From Mustelus asterias (lineage: Eukaryota): a DNA stretch of 64,000 bases. The notes beneath the pieces are model-generated. The model ran no database searches, was not told the DNA's origin, and was given only the letters and a program-made list of their open reading frames with translations. The stretch lies in the NCBI RefSeq assembly GCF_964213995.1, contig NC_135811.1, forward strand, positions 77,376,001 through 77,440,000, written 5' to 3'. The position numbers and the translations under genes were made by a program. Shown piece by piece: positions 37,532 to 52,280 of this stretch (positions within the stretch are counted from its first letter, which is position 1; every line of letters begins with the position of its first letter).

Positions 37532-39384
37532 AGAATTTATTTCGATATATTTATATGAAGACAAAGAACAGTAATTATTTATTTAAAGATTGTATAATTT
37601 TTATCGAAGTATTATATTGTTCAGTCAGCTGCACAAGCCGGTTTGGTTTACCAGTGTGAGAATGGCCATTGTACAACATAATATCATAATGAAATAATAA
37701 TATACCTTTTTAATATTTAATTTATGAGTCTAATATTCATACCTGGATGCACTGTGTGAACCTATTTCAAAACTAAAAATATTTGATGAATGCGAGAGGC
37801 TGCAAGATATATATTTATTTACAGCAGTTTTATATTATATTGTAATAGACTGTATTTATTGGCATCAGATGTGTCCCAAATTACAGTTTCACAATAAATA
37901 TTTTGAACTTTGAGTTTCATGATGTTGTCTTCGTTTCCACATTGATGTCGATGTCAGCTGGGTGTTTCTGTTCATCTTATGTGAGAGATTTCAATCACTG
38001 GGTTATGGAGTTTGGGCGGCCCAGTGCTTCCGAATTCATGTCCCTCGCCAAGACTCTATCTGTTCTGGATGATGTTTATGAGCGGATTCAAATGAATTAC
38101 TTCCGCACTATTGTCCTAAAGTGTGTGCAGATACGAAATAAGACATCGAAATATGTGTCTCTTGTTAATAGCTGCAGAATAGAAACTGGTACATTTCGAG
38201 AAGTTGCATTTACTTCTTTGAGCACGGGATTAGCTGTGCTGTCCTCTGTCAGAACCGAAATGTATTCAATTGCTGTTCAAATGCACACCCACTGTCAATG
38301 AGCACCTGGTGATCTACTCAGGTTATAGACCATTAGTGTAAACAGCATCGGAGAAACATACTCCATTCTCAATATTTAACCGTTTCTTAACCTGAACGCT
38401 TTGATGTTAAATATATTATCAGTTTTCCTCTTTGACTGTGCTGTGTTTGCAATTTTTGATTTCTTGAAATCATGTCTAAATGCAAACAAATATCTATCGA
38501 AAAGATTCCGACTGTTTGCAACTCAGATTTACATCAGGTCATTGTATTTTTTTTCAAGACTCAAACATTTTGGCTAAATATTACATGGTACAAAATGATT
38601 CAATTATTCGCAACACCGAAGTGAACGAAATGGAAATAAAACGGCCTTGTTATAGAGAAAAAGTAATAAAGTCCGGTCAAAGAATCCCTTCAATATATCG
38701 AGAAATACAACTATAATCAGAATGTATAATAGCTATTGACTGTGAAGCTTAGCTTTCCATTCAGGGTGGCACCACAACACAATCAGCAGATGTTCAGGGG
38801 TAAATGAATGGTTTGTTGGCGATCAGTCGCCCAGATGTGACCTTATTGTTTTCGGGGCAATGTGTCTCCTGATAGCGTAACGCTTCCATTTGGTAGGAAG
38901 GGGTTTCCACTGCGAATTCATCTCAAAGCTCTGTTTACACATTGTTGATCATCTCTTAGCAAGAAATTGCATTGTGCAAAGATTTTGCGACATTCATTGA
39001 AACGCTGACCATTAATGAGCACAAAGTGTACCTTTCCACTTATTGGTTAACAAGACTGAAATACCTGTCATCTGCATTATTTCTCGAATTTCCCTCCAGT
39101 GCGAAGTTGCTTTGCGGCACTGTGTCTTTTTGGAGCACTTACAACTATGCATATCATGAAAGCATTATCATCATGTAAAAAATTGTATACTATTTCATAT
39201 ACATATAGTGAAGAGAAAAAGCAGCGTTGCCCACATTATTGTCATTTCTCACCTTTTTTTGGCCATCGGGGATTTTCCAATGCATGTTGCATTTCACCCC
39301 ATCATCGACACAACAATGTAGGATATGTTTCTGAAAGGCATTTGCCATATGAAGTTGAGAATGGTGGTCGATAGTTAAACAACC

Positions 39385-40447
39385 AACGAGATACGGTTCT
39401 CCACAATCATCCCAATTACTCATCTCCAAACTCCGTGGCCTGGGCCTCAGCTCCTCCCTCTGCGACTGCATCCTGAACTTCCTTACTCACAATCAGTAAG
39501 GAAAGGCAATATCGCCTCCTCCACGACCATCCTCAACACCGGTGCCCCACGAGGCTGTGTTCTCAGCCCCCTACTATACTCCTTATACATCTATGACTGT
39601 GTGGCCAAATTCGCCTCCAATTCGATTTCCAAGTTTGCTGATGACGCCATGGTAGTGGGTCGGACCGCAAACAATGATGAGATGGAGTACCGAAACGAGA
39701 TAGACAATCTGGTGAACTGGTGTGACAACAATAATCTCTCACTCAATGTCAACGAAACAATCGGGATAGTCATCGACTTCAGGAAATGTAGTGGAAGACA
39801 TGCCCCTGTTTACATCAATGGGGATGAACTAGAAATGGTTGAGAGCTTCACGTTTTTAGGTGTCCAGACCACCAACAACCTGCTGACACTACAGATAAGA
39901 AAGCCCACCAATGCCTCTACCTTCTAGAAAAGACTAAGGAAATTTGGTATGTCCACTACAACTCTCACCAACCTTTACAAATGCACCCGAGAAAGCATTC
40001 TTTCTGGTTGTATCACAGCTTGGTATGGCTCCTGCTCTATCCAAGATTGCAGGAAATTACAAAGTCTCCTGAACGAATGCCAGTCCATCACTCAAACCAG
40101 CCTCCCATCCATTGACACTGTCTACACATCCCGCAGCCCCGGAAAAGCAGCCAGCATAATTAAGGACCCCACACATGCCAGAAATACGCTCTTCTACCTT
40201 GTTCTGTCGGGAAAAGATACAAAAATCTGAGGACACGTAACAACGAACTCAAGAACATTTCCCTGCTACCATCAGACTTTTGAATGGACCTACCTCACAT
40301 TAAGTTGATCATTCTCTACACCCTAGCTATGACTGTAACACTCTCTCCTTTCCTTATGTATGAACGGTATGCTTTGTCTATATAGCGAGCAAGAAACAAT
40401 ATTTTTCACGGTATACCAATACACGTGACAATAAATCAAATCAAAAT
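39385..40447 (+). mobile_element. Rex1/Babar-like fragment (duplicated with unit)
   Basis: Near-identical to 24350-25410. Confidence 0.8.
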
Positions 40448-42255
40448 CACCGGTACAGCAGGCATGGCAGTGCGAAATAGAGGGTTGCAATTGTTGCCAC
40501 TTTCAGCCAGAAATGCCAAGTAATGAGGTGTTTTGCCTCCGCCGGCTTCAGCTGGACTTGCCGATCGCATCTCTCAAAACTCTATCCTGGTTTGGAACGC
40601 ATTCCGGCCCTGTTCCTATACTTCTCTCAATATCTAAGCAGCTGCAAGTTTGGAAGTGACATTCGTTCTTCACTATTTGATGGCGAGGAAAAAAAGACAG
40701 GAAGTATAAGGAAAAGTTAACATTCACCCCAGTAGACCCTGCCGGAGGGGTGGAGAGGGTAAAGGAGAATGAGGCAGGAGACCCAAGAGTTACTGTGTCA
40801 CCGTGACCTGAAATGTCTCACAATGATTCAGACAGCGCATTGATCCGTTCGTCATTTAACTTGTTCTAAATGCTCTATTAGGCTAGAGCGAGAAGTTAAT
40901 CTTCAAGCATCGCGTCTTTATATTAACATTGCTGTCTCTACAAAGAAGCAGGTCTCAATTGATTAAGTTCATGAGTAGGTGAGCCAATCATGTCATGAAT
41001 GTTTCCAGAATCAATTCCGATAAGGTTATTGCCCTTGGCTGTGATTGTGGCAGAGGGGTTATAATGGGCCGTGAAGTAAAGCAGAGTAAATTAGTCCGTA
41101 TTGTATACAGTTTCTGCTCATTATCCATTGATGCATTTTTGCAGTCGATCTGCGTGTGCTGTGAGGATAGTTCAGGACCAACAACCTCCTGCTGACGAAC
41201 CAGTCAAGCGCATTCACAATGGCCTCTTTGTGAAATCACAGTCTGCGCAGTGAGCTCCACCATGAATGAATGTCTGTTGGGGAGGAATGAGGGGGGCAGA
41301 CTTTAAGGGGAGATGGGAACAAACTCAACAGACAGTCTCCTATTGGCAGGCCCATTGGTTTTCAGTGGAAGTCAAATTCCATCACTCCATCGAGTTGGTG
41401 AGTGAATACTTAATTACACAGTCAGGACATTACAACCATGTCCTTTATGGAAGGAAATCTGCCATTCTTACTTGGTCTGGCCCACATGTGACTCCAGATC
41501 CACAGCAATGTGGTTGACTCTCAACTGCTCTCGGGCAACTAAGGATGGGCAACAAACGGTGGCCAGCCAGCGATGCCCATGTCCCACGAATGAACAATAC
41601 AAAATCACTGAGTTTAAATAAACATCCAGGATTTTTAGTGCAGCTTCCATAAAGGCATTGAATCAATTCACTTCGCACCTTCCCCGCCACATCAAACCCA
41701 TCAGTTTTCTCTGTTAGAACCCAGCCTAATATTTTAACCCCCAATCCAATTCCGGACAGTTTACACTGACTGTGAGCGTAGCAGTTGCCGGGATAAGGTG
41801 GTTCCGCATTTTAGAATCTTAAAACATATGCAATGATTTTTTTAACGGATTGCTTATCTGAGTCTGGCCAACAAAGGGCAACAGAGGTAAAAGTTTGGGT
41901 AGCACCTGTCCGATTTTTAATATCAAAGAGTATCTTTGCATCCTAATTTATTGGAGAGAAATTTCATTCTTAATTAAGCAGAAAGTGAAAAAGGTTTCAA
42001 ATGAAGAAGTCGTTTCTGGAAACAAGTTAAAAGATTCCCTGAAAGCACACGACGGTTAGAAGCAAAATCGATTCGTTTTTGTAACGTCAAAGGAATATCC
42101 TGGTTCACACCTTCAAATGGACACAATGGATGAATATTCCTTTCAATCCAACAGCGAAGGAGTTCAGCTGGTGTTAATATTGTGTTCGGCACTGAACCCC
42201 GATCCAGTCACTTTCTGCGATTTCTGATCGCTGCTTTACCCTGTGTTGTTTCAAC

Positions 42256-44082
42256 ATGTTTGTTCCGAGTGTTTGCGGGCTGTGGATTTTGTTAATCTGT
42301 TTGCCCGGGATCCTGAGCCAGGATTGCCAGAGGCTGCAGTTACAGCAAGTCCTTAACAAGAATGCTCAAAGGTCCCTGAGGGACATGGTGAGTTTATGCA
42401 GAGGTCCGCGGATTCGAGTAACCAATCTTAACTCGCAGGTTCTCGGGATAATCTCCTGTCGAGGAATTGCTGAGATTAAATCTGGTCTCTTCCAAAAACG
42501 TAGAACATCTCCTTGATGGAATGCACATTGAACTATTAAAATATAGAAGGAAGTGTGTGGAAATGTGAAACACTTTTTACTGAGAGTGATTTGTTTGGAT
42601 GGTCAGTAAAATATGTGAGAGATAAAATGTTTCAATAAGTTGTTGAATGACCGTGCTGGTTTTGGGGGCAAGTTTCTGAGAGTAAGGACCGCTTGTGAAG
42701 TGTGAGCTTGGAGCCAGTTCTGACATCATTCTGTCCTGTTGCAGGGAGGTCCCTTCCCATTCCAGTGTACAACAACGAGAGAATCACTGAAAACCAAATC
42801 CCTGGACCTGCACCAGCTCATCAAGAGGTTACAGGTGAGTGTGCAATTTGTAACCTGTCTGATCATTCGGTTAATGCTGCCAGGTGTAATAGATATGTGG
42901 GGAATGTGTACACATCCCCAACAGTAGGAACAATGTAAATGATTTTTAAAGGCAAAGGCTTTAATTTGTTGATTCTCGTAAGACTGAAAATTTAATGTTG
43001 AGTCATTTGGAAACTGATAGACATTCTGCGGAATAGTTTGACCTTCTTCTCTCCATTTACCCCAAAATGCTGTCAGTACCAGATTTGCTCGCCAAAAGAG
43101 GAAAATACCAGTAACCAGTTTGATAATGATCAAAACCGTCATCAGAAAAGACGGTGTTGACTTTTGAAATTCGTGATTCTTACACTTTTACTGCGTAAAC
43201 GTGGAATCAGAGAGATGTACAGCACGATAACAGGGCTTTCGGCCCAAATCGTCCATTCCGACCAGGTTTCCTAAAGTGACCTGGCCCCATTTGCCTGTGT
43301 TTGGCCCATATCCCTCGGAACCTTTCCTATGCATGTACCTGTCCAAATGACTTTCAAATGTTGTAATAAATCCTGCTTCTGCCACTTCCTCTCATTCCAT
43401 ATATGCACCATCCTCTGTGTGAAAAAGTTGCCCCTCAGGTAGCTTTTAAATCATTCCCCTCTCCCTTAAATCTATGCCCTCTAGTTTTGGACTCCTGTAC
43501 ACTTCTCTACTCAATCTGCCATTTCTTGGACCAATGACCCAGTTGATCAAGATCACGTTGTCGTCTTAAATAACCTCCTATTTAAATAATCAGCTAAAGG
43601 AGAAATGTCCTCAATAATGTCGTTGTGTATATTTTGTCCAGACTCAGGACAGGATCCGGATTGTCCACCAAACCCTGCGCCGCATCAACAAGATCTATAG
43701 CATGAATCTGGGCTCAGTCACATGGGCCCGGGACAAGGTGGAACATTTCCGGCTGCTCCTGGATCGGCAGCTCAGTGAGCTGGAAGAATGTGTCAGGAAC
43801 CCGGGATCCAGGCTGAGGAGAAACTCCACCATTCACAATTACTTTAGGAAACTGGAAAAGTTTCTCAAACAGCAGGTGGGACAATGGATAATTGACTGTG
43901 TGATTACCGGCATGTCGTTTCTTTCACTCCATTGAAATCTGTTCATTCTCTAATCCATGTCCCTCAATGTTTCCATTTCTCAGGGATTCAGTGAGTGTGC
44001 CTGGGAAATAATCCGCGCTGAGACCAGAGGCCGATTACAACAGCTCCTTCTCATAACGGCACAAATCAGCAGAAGCAATTAA
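42256..44082 (+). CDS. Type I interferon, array copy 5 (subtype B), 184 aa
   Basis: Exons 42256-42387, 42745-42834, 43642-43875, 43984-44082; intact. Confidence 0.95.
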
Positions 44083-45934
44083 AGAATTTATTTCGATATA
44101 TTTATATGAAGACAAAGAACAGTAATTATTTATTTAAAGATTGTATAATTTTTATCGAAGTATTATATTGTTCAGTCAGCTGCGCAAGCCGGTTTGGTTT
44201 ACCAGTGTGAGAATGGCCATTGTACAACATAATATCAGAATGAAATAATAATATACCTTTTTAATATTTAATTTATGAGTCTAATATTCATACCTGGATG
44301 CACTGTGTGAACCTATTTCAAAACTAAAAATATTTGATGAATGCGAGAGGCTGCAAGATATATATTTATTTACAGCAGTTTTATATTGTAATAGACTGTA
44401 TTTATTGGCATCAGATGTGTCCCAAATTACAGTTTCACAATAAATATTTTGAACTTTGAGTTTCATGATGTTGTCTTCGTTTCCACATTGATGTCGATGT
44501 CAGCTGGGTGTTTCTGTTCATCTTATGTGAGAGATTTCAATCACTGGGTTATGGAGTTTGGGCGGCCCAGTGCTTCCGAATTCATGTCCCTCGCCAAGAC
44601 TCTATCTGTTCTGGATGATGTTTATGAGCGGATTCAAATGAATTACTTCCGCACTATTGTCCTAAAGAGTGTGCAGATACGAACTAAGACATCGAAATAT
44701 GTGTCTCTTGTTAATAGCTGCAGAATAGAAACTTGTACATTTCGAGAAGTTGCATTTACTTTCTTTGAGCACGGGATTAGCTGTGCTATCCTCTGTCAGA
44801 ACCGGAATGTATTCAATTGCTGTTCAAATGCACACCCACTGTCAATGAGCACCTGGTGATCTACTCAGGTTATAGACCATTAGTGTAAACAGCATCGGAG
44901 AAACATACTCCATTCTCAATATTTAACCGTTCCTTAACCTGAATGCTTTGATGTTAAATATATTATCAGTTTTCCTCTTTGACTGTGCTGTGTTGGCAAT
45001 TTTTGATTTCTTGAAATCATGTATAAATGCAAACAAATATCTATCGAAAAGATTCCGACTGTTTGCAACTCAGATTTACATCAGGTCATGGTATTTTTTT
45101 TCAAGAATCAAACATTTTGGCTAAATATTACATGGTACAAAATGATTCAATTATTCACAACACCGAAGTGAACGAAATGGAAATGAACCGGCATTGTTAT
45201 AGAGAAAAAGTAATAAAGTCCGCTCAAAGAATCCCCTCAATATATCGAGAAATACAACTATAATCAGAATGTATAATAGCTATTGACTGTGAAGCCTAGC
45301 TTTCCATTCAGGGTGGCACCACAACACAATCAGCAGATGTTCAGGGGGAAATAAATGGTTTGTTGGCGATCAGTCGTCCAGATGTGACCTTATTGTTTTC
45401 GGGGCAATGTTTCTCCTGATAACGTAACGCTTCCATTTGGTAGGAAGGGGTTTCCACTGGGAATTCATCTCAATGCCCTGTTTACACATTGATGATCATC
45501 TCTTAGCAAGAAATTGCATAGTGCAAAGATTTTGCGATATCCAATGAAACAGCGTCCATTAATGAGCACAAAGTGTACCTTTCCACTTACTGGTTAACAA
45601 GAATGAAAGTGCACACCGTCATCTGCATTATTTCTCGAATTTCCCTCCAGTGCGAAGTTGCTTTGCGGCACTGTGTCTTTTTGGAGCACTTACAACTATG
45701 CATATCATGAAAGCATTATCATTTTGTAAAAAATTGTATACTATTTCATATACATATAGCGAAGAGAAAAATCAGCGTTGCCCACATTATTGTAATTTCT
45801 CACCTTTTATTGGCCATCGGGGATTTTCCAATGCATGTTGCATTTTACCCCATCATCGACACAACAATGTAGGATATGGTTCTGAAAGGCATTTGCCATA
45901 TGAAGTTGAGAATGGTGGTCGATAGTCAAACAAC

Positions 45935-46998
45935 CAACGAGATACGGTTCTCCACAATCATCCCAATTACTCATCTCCAAACTCCGTGGCCTGGGCCTCA
46001 GCTCCTCCCTCTGCGACTGTATCCTGAACATCCTTACTCACAATCAGTAAGGAAAGGCAATATCGCCTCCTCCACGACCATCCTCAACACCGGTGCCCCA
46101 CGAGGCTGTGTTCTCAGCCCCCTACTATACCTGTTATACATCTATGACTGTGTGGCCAAATTCGCCTCCAACTCGATTTTCAAGTTTGCTGATGACGCCA
46201 TGGTAGTGGATCGGACCTCAAACAATGATGAGATGGAGTGCCGAAAGTAGACAGAGAATCTGGTGAGCTGGTGTGACAACAATAATCTCTCACTCAATGT
46301 CAACAAAACAATCGGGATAGTCATCGACTTCAGGAAATGTAGTGGAAGACATGCCCCTGTTTCCATCAATGGGGATGAACTAGAAATGGTTGAGAGCTTC
46401 ACGTTTTTAGGTGTCCAGACCACCAACAACCTGCTGACACTATAGTTAAGATAGCCCACCAATGCCTCTGCCTTCTAGAAAAGACTAAGGAAATTTGGTA
46501 TGTCCACTACAACTCTCACCAACCTTTACAGATGCACCCGAGAAAGCATTCTTTCTGGTTGTATCACAGCCTTGTATGGCTGCTGCTCTATCCAAGATTG
46601 CAGGAAATTACAAAGTCTTCTGAACGAATGCCAGTCCATCACTCAAACAAGCCTCCCATCCATTGACACTGTCTACACATCCCGCAGCCCCGGAAAAGTA
46701 GCCAGCATAATTAAGGAACCCACACATGCCAGAAATACGCTCTTCTACCTTGTTCTGTCGGGAAAAGATACAAAAATCTGAGGACACGTACCAACAAACT
46801 CAAGAACATTTCCCTGCTACCATCAGATTTTTGAATGGACCTACCTCACATTAAGTTGATCATTCTCTACACCCTAGCTATGACTGTAACACTCTCTCCT
46901 TTCCTTATGTATGAACGGTATGCTTTGTCTATACAGCGAGCAAGAAACAATATTTTTCACGGTATACCAATACACGTGACAATAAATCAAATCAAAAT
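45935..46998 (+). mobile_element. Rex1/Babar-like fragment (duplicated with unit)
   Basis: Paralog of 24350-25410. Confidence 0.8.
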
Positions 46999-47408
46999 CA
47001 CCAGTGCAGCAGGCATGGCAGTGCGAAATAGAGGGTTGAACTTGTTGCCACTTTCAGCCAGAAATGCCAAGTAATGAGCTGTTTTGCCTCCGCCGGCTTC
47101 AGCTGGACTTGCCGATCGCATCTCTCAAAACTCTATCCTGGTTTGGAACGCATTCCGGCCCTGTTCCTATTCTTCTCTCAATATCTCATCAGCTGCAAGT
47201 TTGTAAATGGCATTCGTTCCTCACTATTTGATGGCGAGGAAAAAAAGACAGGAAGTATAAGGAAAAGTTAACATTCACCCCAATAGACCCTGCCGGAGGG
47301 GTGGAGAGGGTAAAGGAGAATGAGGCAGGAGACCCAAGAGTTACTGTGTCACCGTGACCTGAAATGTCTCACAATGATTCAGATAGAGCATTGACTCTTT
47401 AATCATTT

Positions 47409-49060
47409 AGAACATAGAACAGTACAGCACAGAACAGGCTCTTCAGCCCACGATGTTGTGCCGAGCTTTAGCTGAAACCAAGATCAAGCTATCCCACTCC
47501 CTATCATCCTGGTGTGCTCCATGTGCCTATCCAATAACCGCTTTAATGTTCCTAAAGTGTCTGACTCCACTATCACTGCAGGCAGTCCATTCCACTCTGT
47601 GCGTAAAGAACCAACCTCTGATATCCTTCCTATATCTCCCACCATGAACCCTATAGTTATGCCCTCTTGTAATAGCTCCATCCACCCGAGGAAATAGTCT
47701 TTGAACGTTCACTCTATCTATCCCCTTCATCATTTTATAAACCTCTATGAAGTCTCCCCTCAGCCTCCTCCGCTCCAGATAGAACAGCCCTAGCTCCCTC
47801 AACCTTTCCTCATAAGACCTACCCTCCAAACCAGGCAGCATCCTGGTAAATCTCCTCTGCACTCTTTCCAGCGCTTCCACATCCTTCTTATAGTGAGGTG
47901 ACCAGAACTGCACACAATATTCCAAATGTGGTCTCACCAAGGTCCTGTACAGTTGCAGCATAACCCCACGACTCTCAAACTCCAACCCCCTGTTAATAAA
48001 AGCTAACACACTAGAGGCGTTCTACACAGCTCTATCCACTTGAGTGGCAACCTTTAGAGATCTGTGGATATGGACCCCAAGATCTCTCTGTTCCTCCACA
48101 GTCTTCAGAACCCTACCTTTGACCCTGTAATCCACATTTAAATTAGTCCTACCAAAATGAATCACCTCACATTTATCAGGGTTAAACTCCATTTGCCATT
48201 TTTCAGCCCAGCTTTGCATCCTATCTATGTCTCTTTGCAGCCTACAACAGCCCTCCACCTCATCCACTACTCCACCAATCTTGGTGTCATCAGCAAATTT
48301 ACTGATCCACCCTTCAGCCCCCTCCTCTAAGCTATTAATAAAAATCACAAAGAGCAGAGGACCAAGCACTGATCCCTGCGGCACTCCGCTAGCAACCTGC
48401 CTCCAATCCGAAAATTTTCCATCCACCACCACCCTCTGTCTTCGATCAGACAGCCAATTACCTATCCAATCGGCCAACTTTCCCTCTATCCCACACCTCC
48501 TCACTTTCATCATAAGCCGACCATGGGGGACCTTCTCAAATGCCCTACTAAAATCCATGTATATGACATCAACTGCCCTACCTTCATCAACACACTTAGT
48601 TACCTCCTCAAAAAATTCAATCAAATTTGTGAGGCACGACTTGCCTTTCACGAATCCGTGCTGACTATCCTGGATTAATCCGCATCTTTCTAAATGGTCG
48701 TAAATCCCATCTCTAAGGAACTTTTCCATCAATTTACCAACCACCGAAGTAAGACTAACCGGTCTATAATTACCAGGGTCATTTCTATTCCCTTTCTTAA
48801 ACAGAGGAACAACATTCGCCATTCTCCAGTCCTCTGGCACCAACCCGGGGACAGCGAGGACCCAAAGATCAAAGCCAAAGGCTCTGCAATCTCACCCCTT
48901 GCCTCCCAAAGAATGCTAGGATATATTTCATCAGGCCCCAGGGGACTTATCGACCTTCAGTTTATTCAAAACTGCCAGGACATCCTCCCTCCGAACATCT
49001 ATTTCCTCCAGCCTATTAGCTTGTAACACCTTCTCTTCCTCAAAAACATGGCCCCTCTCC
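47409..49060 (-). mobile_element. 5'-truncated CR1 LINE upstream of IFN copy 6
   Basis: ORF translations identical to those at 17751-19067. Confidence 0.95.
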
Positions 49061-50451
49061 TTTAACTTGTTCTAAATGCACTATTAGGCTGGAGCTAGAA
49101 GTTAATCTTCAAGCATCGTGTCTTTATATTAACATTGGTGTCTCTACAAAGAAGCAGGTCTCAATTGATTAAGTTCATGAGTAGGTGAGTCAATCATGTC
49201 GTGAATGTTTCCAGAATCAATTCCAATGAGGTTCTTGCCCTTGGCTGTGATTGTGGCAGAGGGGTTATAATGGGCCGTGAGGTAAAGCAGGGTAAATTAG
49301 TCCATATTGTATCCAGTTTCTGCTCATTATCCATTGATGCATTTTTGCAGTCTATCTGTGTGTGCTGTGAGGATAGTTCAGGACCAACAACCTCCTGCTG
49401 ACAAAGCAGTCAAGCGCATTCACAATGGCCTCTTTGTGAAATAAAAGTCTGCACAGTTAGCTTCACCATGAATGAATGTCTGTTGGGGAGGAATGAGAGG
49501 AGACAGACTTTAAGGGGAGATGGGAACAAACTCAACAGCCAGTCTCCTATTGGCAGGCCCATTGGATTTCAGTGGAAGTCAAATTCCATCATTCCATCGA
49601 GTTGTTCAGTGAATACTTAATTACAGAGTCAGGACATTACAACCATGTCCTTTATGGAAGGAAATCTGCCATTCTTACTTGGTCTGGCCCACATGTGACT
49701 CCAGATCCACAGCAATGTGGTTGACTCTCAACTGCTCTAGGGCAACTAAGGATGGGCAACAAACGCTAGCCAGCTCGCGATGTCCATGTCCCACGAATGA
49801 ATAAAACAAAATCCTTGAGTTTAAATGAGCATCCAGGATTTTTAGTGCAGTTTCCATAATGGCATTGAATCAATTCACTTCTCACCTTCCCCGCCACATC
49901 AAACCCATCATTCTTCCCTGTTAGAGCCCAGCCTAATATTTTAAATCTCATCCAATTCTGAACAGATTACACTGACTGTGAGTCATGCAGTTCCCGAGAT
50001 AAGGTGGTTCCGCATTTTAGAATCTTAAAACATATGCAATGATTTTTTTAACGGATGTTTTTCTCAAGTCTGGCCAAAAAAGGGCCAACAGAGGCAAATG
50101 TTTGGGTAGCATCTGTCCGATTTTTAATATCAAAGGATATATTTGCATCCAAATTTATGAGAGATAATGCATTCCCTTAATTAAGCAGAAAGTGAAAACG
50201 GTTTCAAATGAAGAAGTCGTTTCTGGAAACATGTTAAAAGATTCCCTGAAAACACACCGCGGTTAGAAGCAAAATCGACTCGATTTTGTAACGTCAAAGG
50301 AATATCCTGGTTCACACCTTCAAAAGGACACAATGGATGAATATTCCTTGCAATCCTACAGCGAAGGAGTTCAGCTGGTGTTCGGCACTGAACCCCGATC
50401 CAGTCACTTTCTGTGATTTCTGATCGCTGCTTTACCCTGTGTTGGTTCAAC

Positions 50452-52280
50452 ATGTTTGTTCCGAGTGTTTGCGGGCTGTGGATTTTGTTAATCTGTTTGC
50501 CCGGGATCCTGAGCCAGGACTGCCAGAGGCTGCAGTTACAGCAAGTCCTTAACAAGAATGCTCAAAGGTCCCTGAGGGACATGGTGAGTTTATACAGAGA
50601 TCCGGGATTCGAGTAACCAATCCAAACTTGCAGCTTCTCGGGATAATCTCCTGTCGAGGAATTGCTGAGATTAAATGTGTTCTCCTCCAAAAGTGCAGAG
50701 CATCTCCTTGATGTAATGCACATTGAAGTATTAAAATATAGAAGGAAGTGTGTGGAAATGTGAAACACTTTTTACGAAGAGTGATTTATTTCGATGGTCA
50801 GTAAAATATGTGAGAGATAAAATGCTTCAGCGAGTTGTTGAATGACCGTGCTGGATTTGGGGGCAAGTTTCTGAGAGTAAGGACCGCTTGTGAAGTGTGA
50901 GCTTGGAGCCGGTTCTGACAGTCACTCTGTCCTGTTGCAGGGAGGTCCCTTCCCATTCCAGTGTATGGCAACGAGAGAATCACTGAAGACCAAATCCCTG
51001 GACCTGCACCAGCTCATCAAGAGGTTACAGGTGAGTGTGCACTTTGCAACCTGTCTGATCATTCTGTTAATGCTACCAGGTATAATAGATATATCGGATA
51101 ATGTATCCACATCCCCCCAACAGTAGGAACAATGTAAATGATTTTTAAAGGCAAAGACTTTATTTTGTTGATTGTCGTAAGACTGAAAATTTAATGTTGA
51201 GCATTTTGGGGACTGATAGACATTCTGCGGAATAGTTTGACCTTCTTCTCTCCATTTACCCCAAAATGCTGTCAGTACCAGATTTGCTCGCCAAAAGAGG
51301 AAAATACCAGTAACCAGTTTGATATTGATCAAAATTGTCACCAGAAAAGACGGTGTTGACTTTTGAAATTCGTGATTCTTACACTTTTACTGCGTAAACG
51401 TGGAATCAGAGAGATATACAGCACGGAAACAGGCCTTTCCGCCCGAATCGTCCATTGCGACCAGGTTTCTTGAACTGAACTGGCCCCATTTGCCTGTGTT
51501 TGGCCCATATCCCTCTAAACTTTTCCTATGCATGTACCTGTCCAAATGACTTTCAAATGTTGTAATATATCCTGCTTCTGCCACTTCCTCTCATTCCATA
51601 TACACACCATCCTCTGTGTGAAAAAGTTGCCCCTCAGGTAGCTTTTAAATCATTCCCCTCTCCCTTAAATCTATGCCCTCTAGTTTTGGACTCCTGTACA
51701 CTTCTCTACTCAATCTGCTATTTCTTGGACCAATGACCCAGTTGATCAAGATCACGTTGTCGTCTTAAATAACCTCCTATTTAAATAATCAGCTAAAGGA
51801 GAAATGTCCTCAATATGTCGTTGTGTATATTTTGTCCAGACTCAGGACAGGATCCGAATTGTCCATCAAACCCTGCGCCACATCAACAAGGTCTACAGCA
51901 TGAATCTGGGCTCAGTCACATGGGCGCGGGACAAGGTGGAACATTTCCGGCTGCTCCTGGATCGGCAGCTCAGTGAGCTGGAAGAATGTGTCAGGAACCC
52001 GGGATCCAGGCTGAGGAGAAACTCCACCATTCACAATTACTTTAGGAAACTGGAAAAGTTTCTCAAACAGCAGGTGGGACAATGGATAATTGACTGTGTG
52101 ATTACCGGCATGTTGTTTCTTTCACCCCATTGAAATCTGTTCATTCTCTAATCCATGTCCCTCAATGTTTCCATTTCTCAGGGATTCAGTGAGTGTGCCT
52201 GGGAAATAATCCGCACGGAGACCAGAGGCCGATTACAACAGCTCCTTCTCATAACGGCACAAATCAGCAGAAGCAATTAA
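50452..52280 (+). CDS. Type I interferon, array copy 6 (subtype A), 184 aa
   Basis: Exons 50452-50583, 50941-51030, 51840-52073, 52182-52280; protein appears identical to copy 2. Confidence 0.95.
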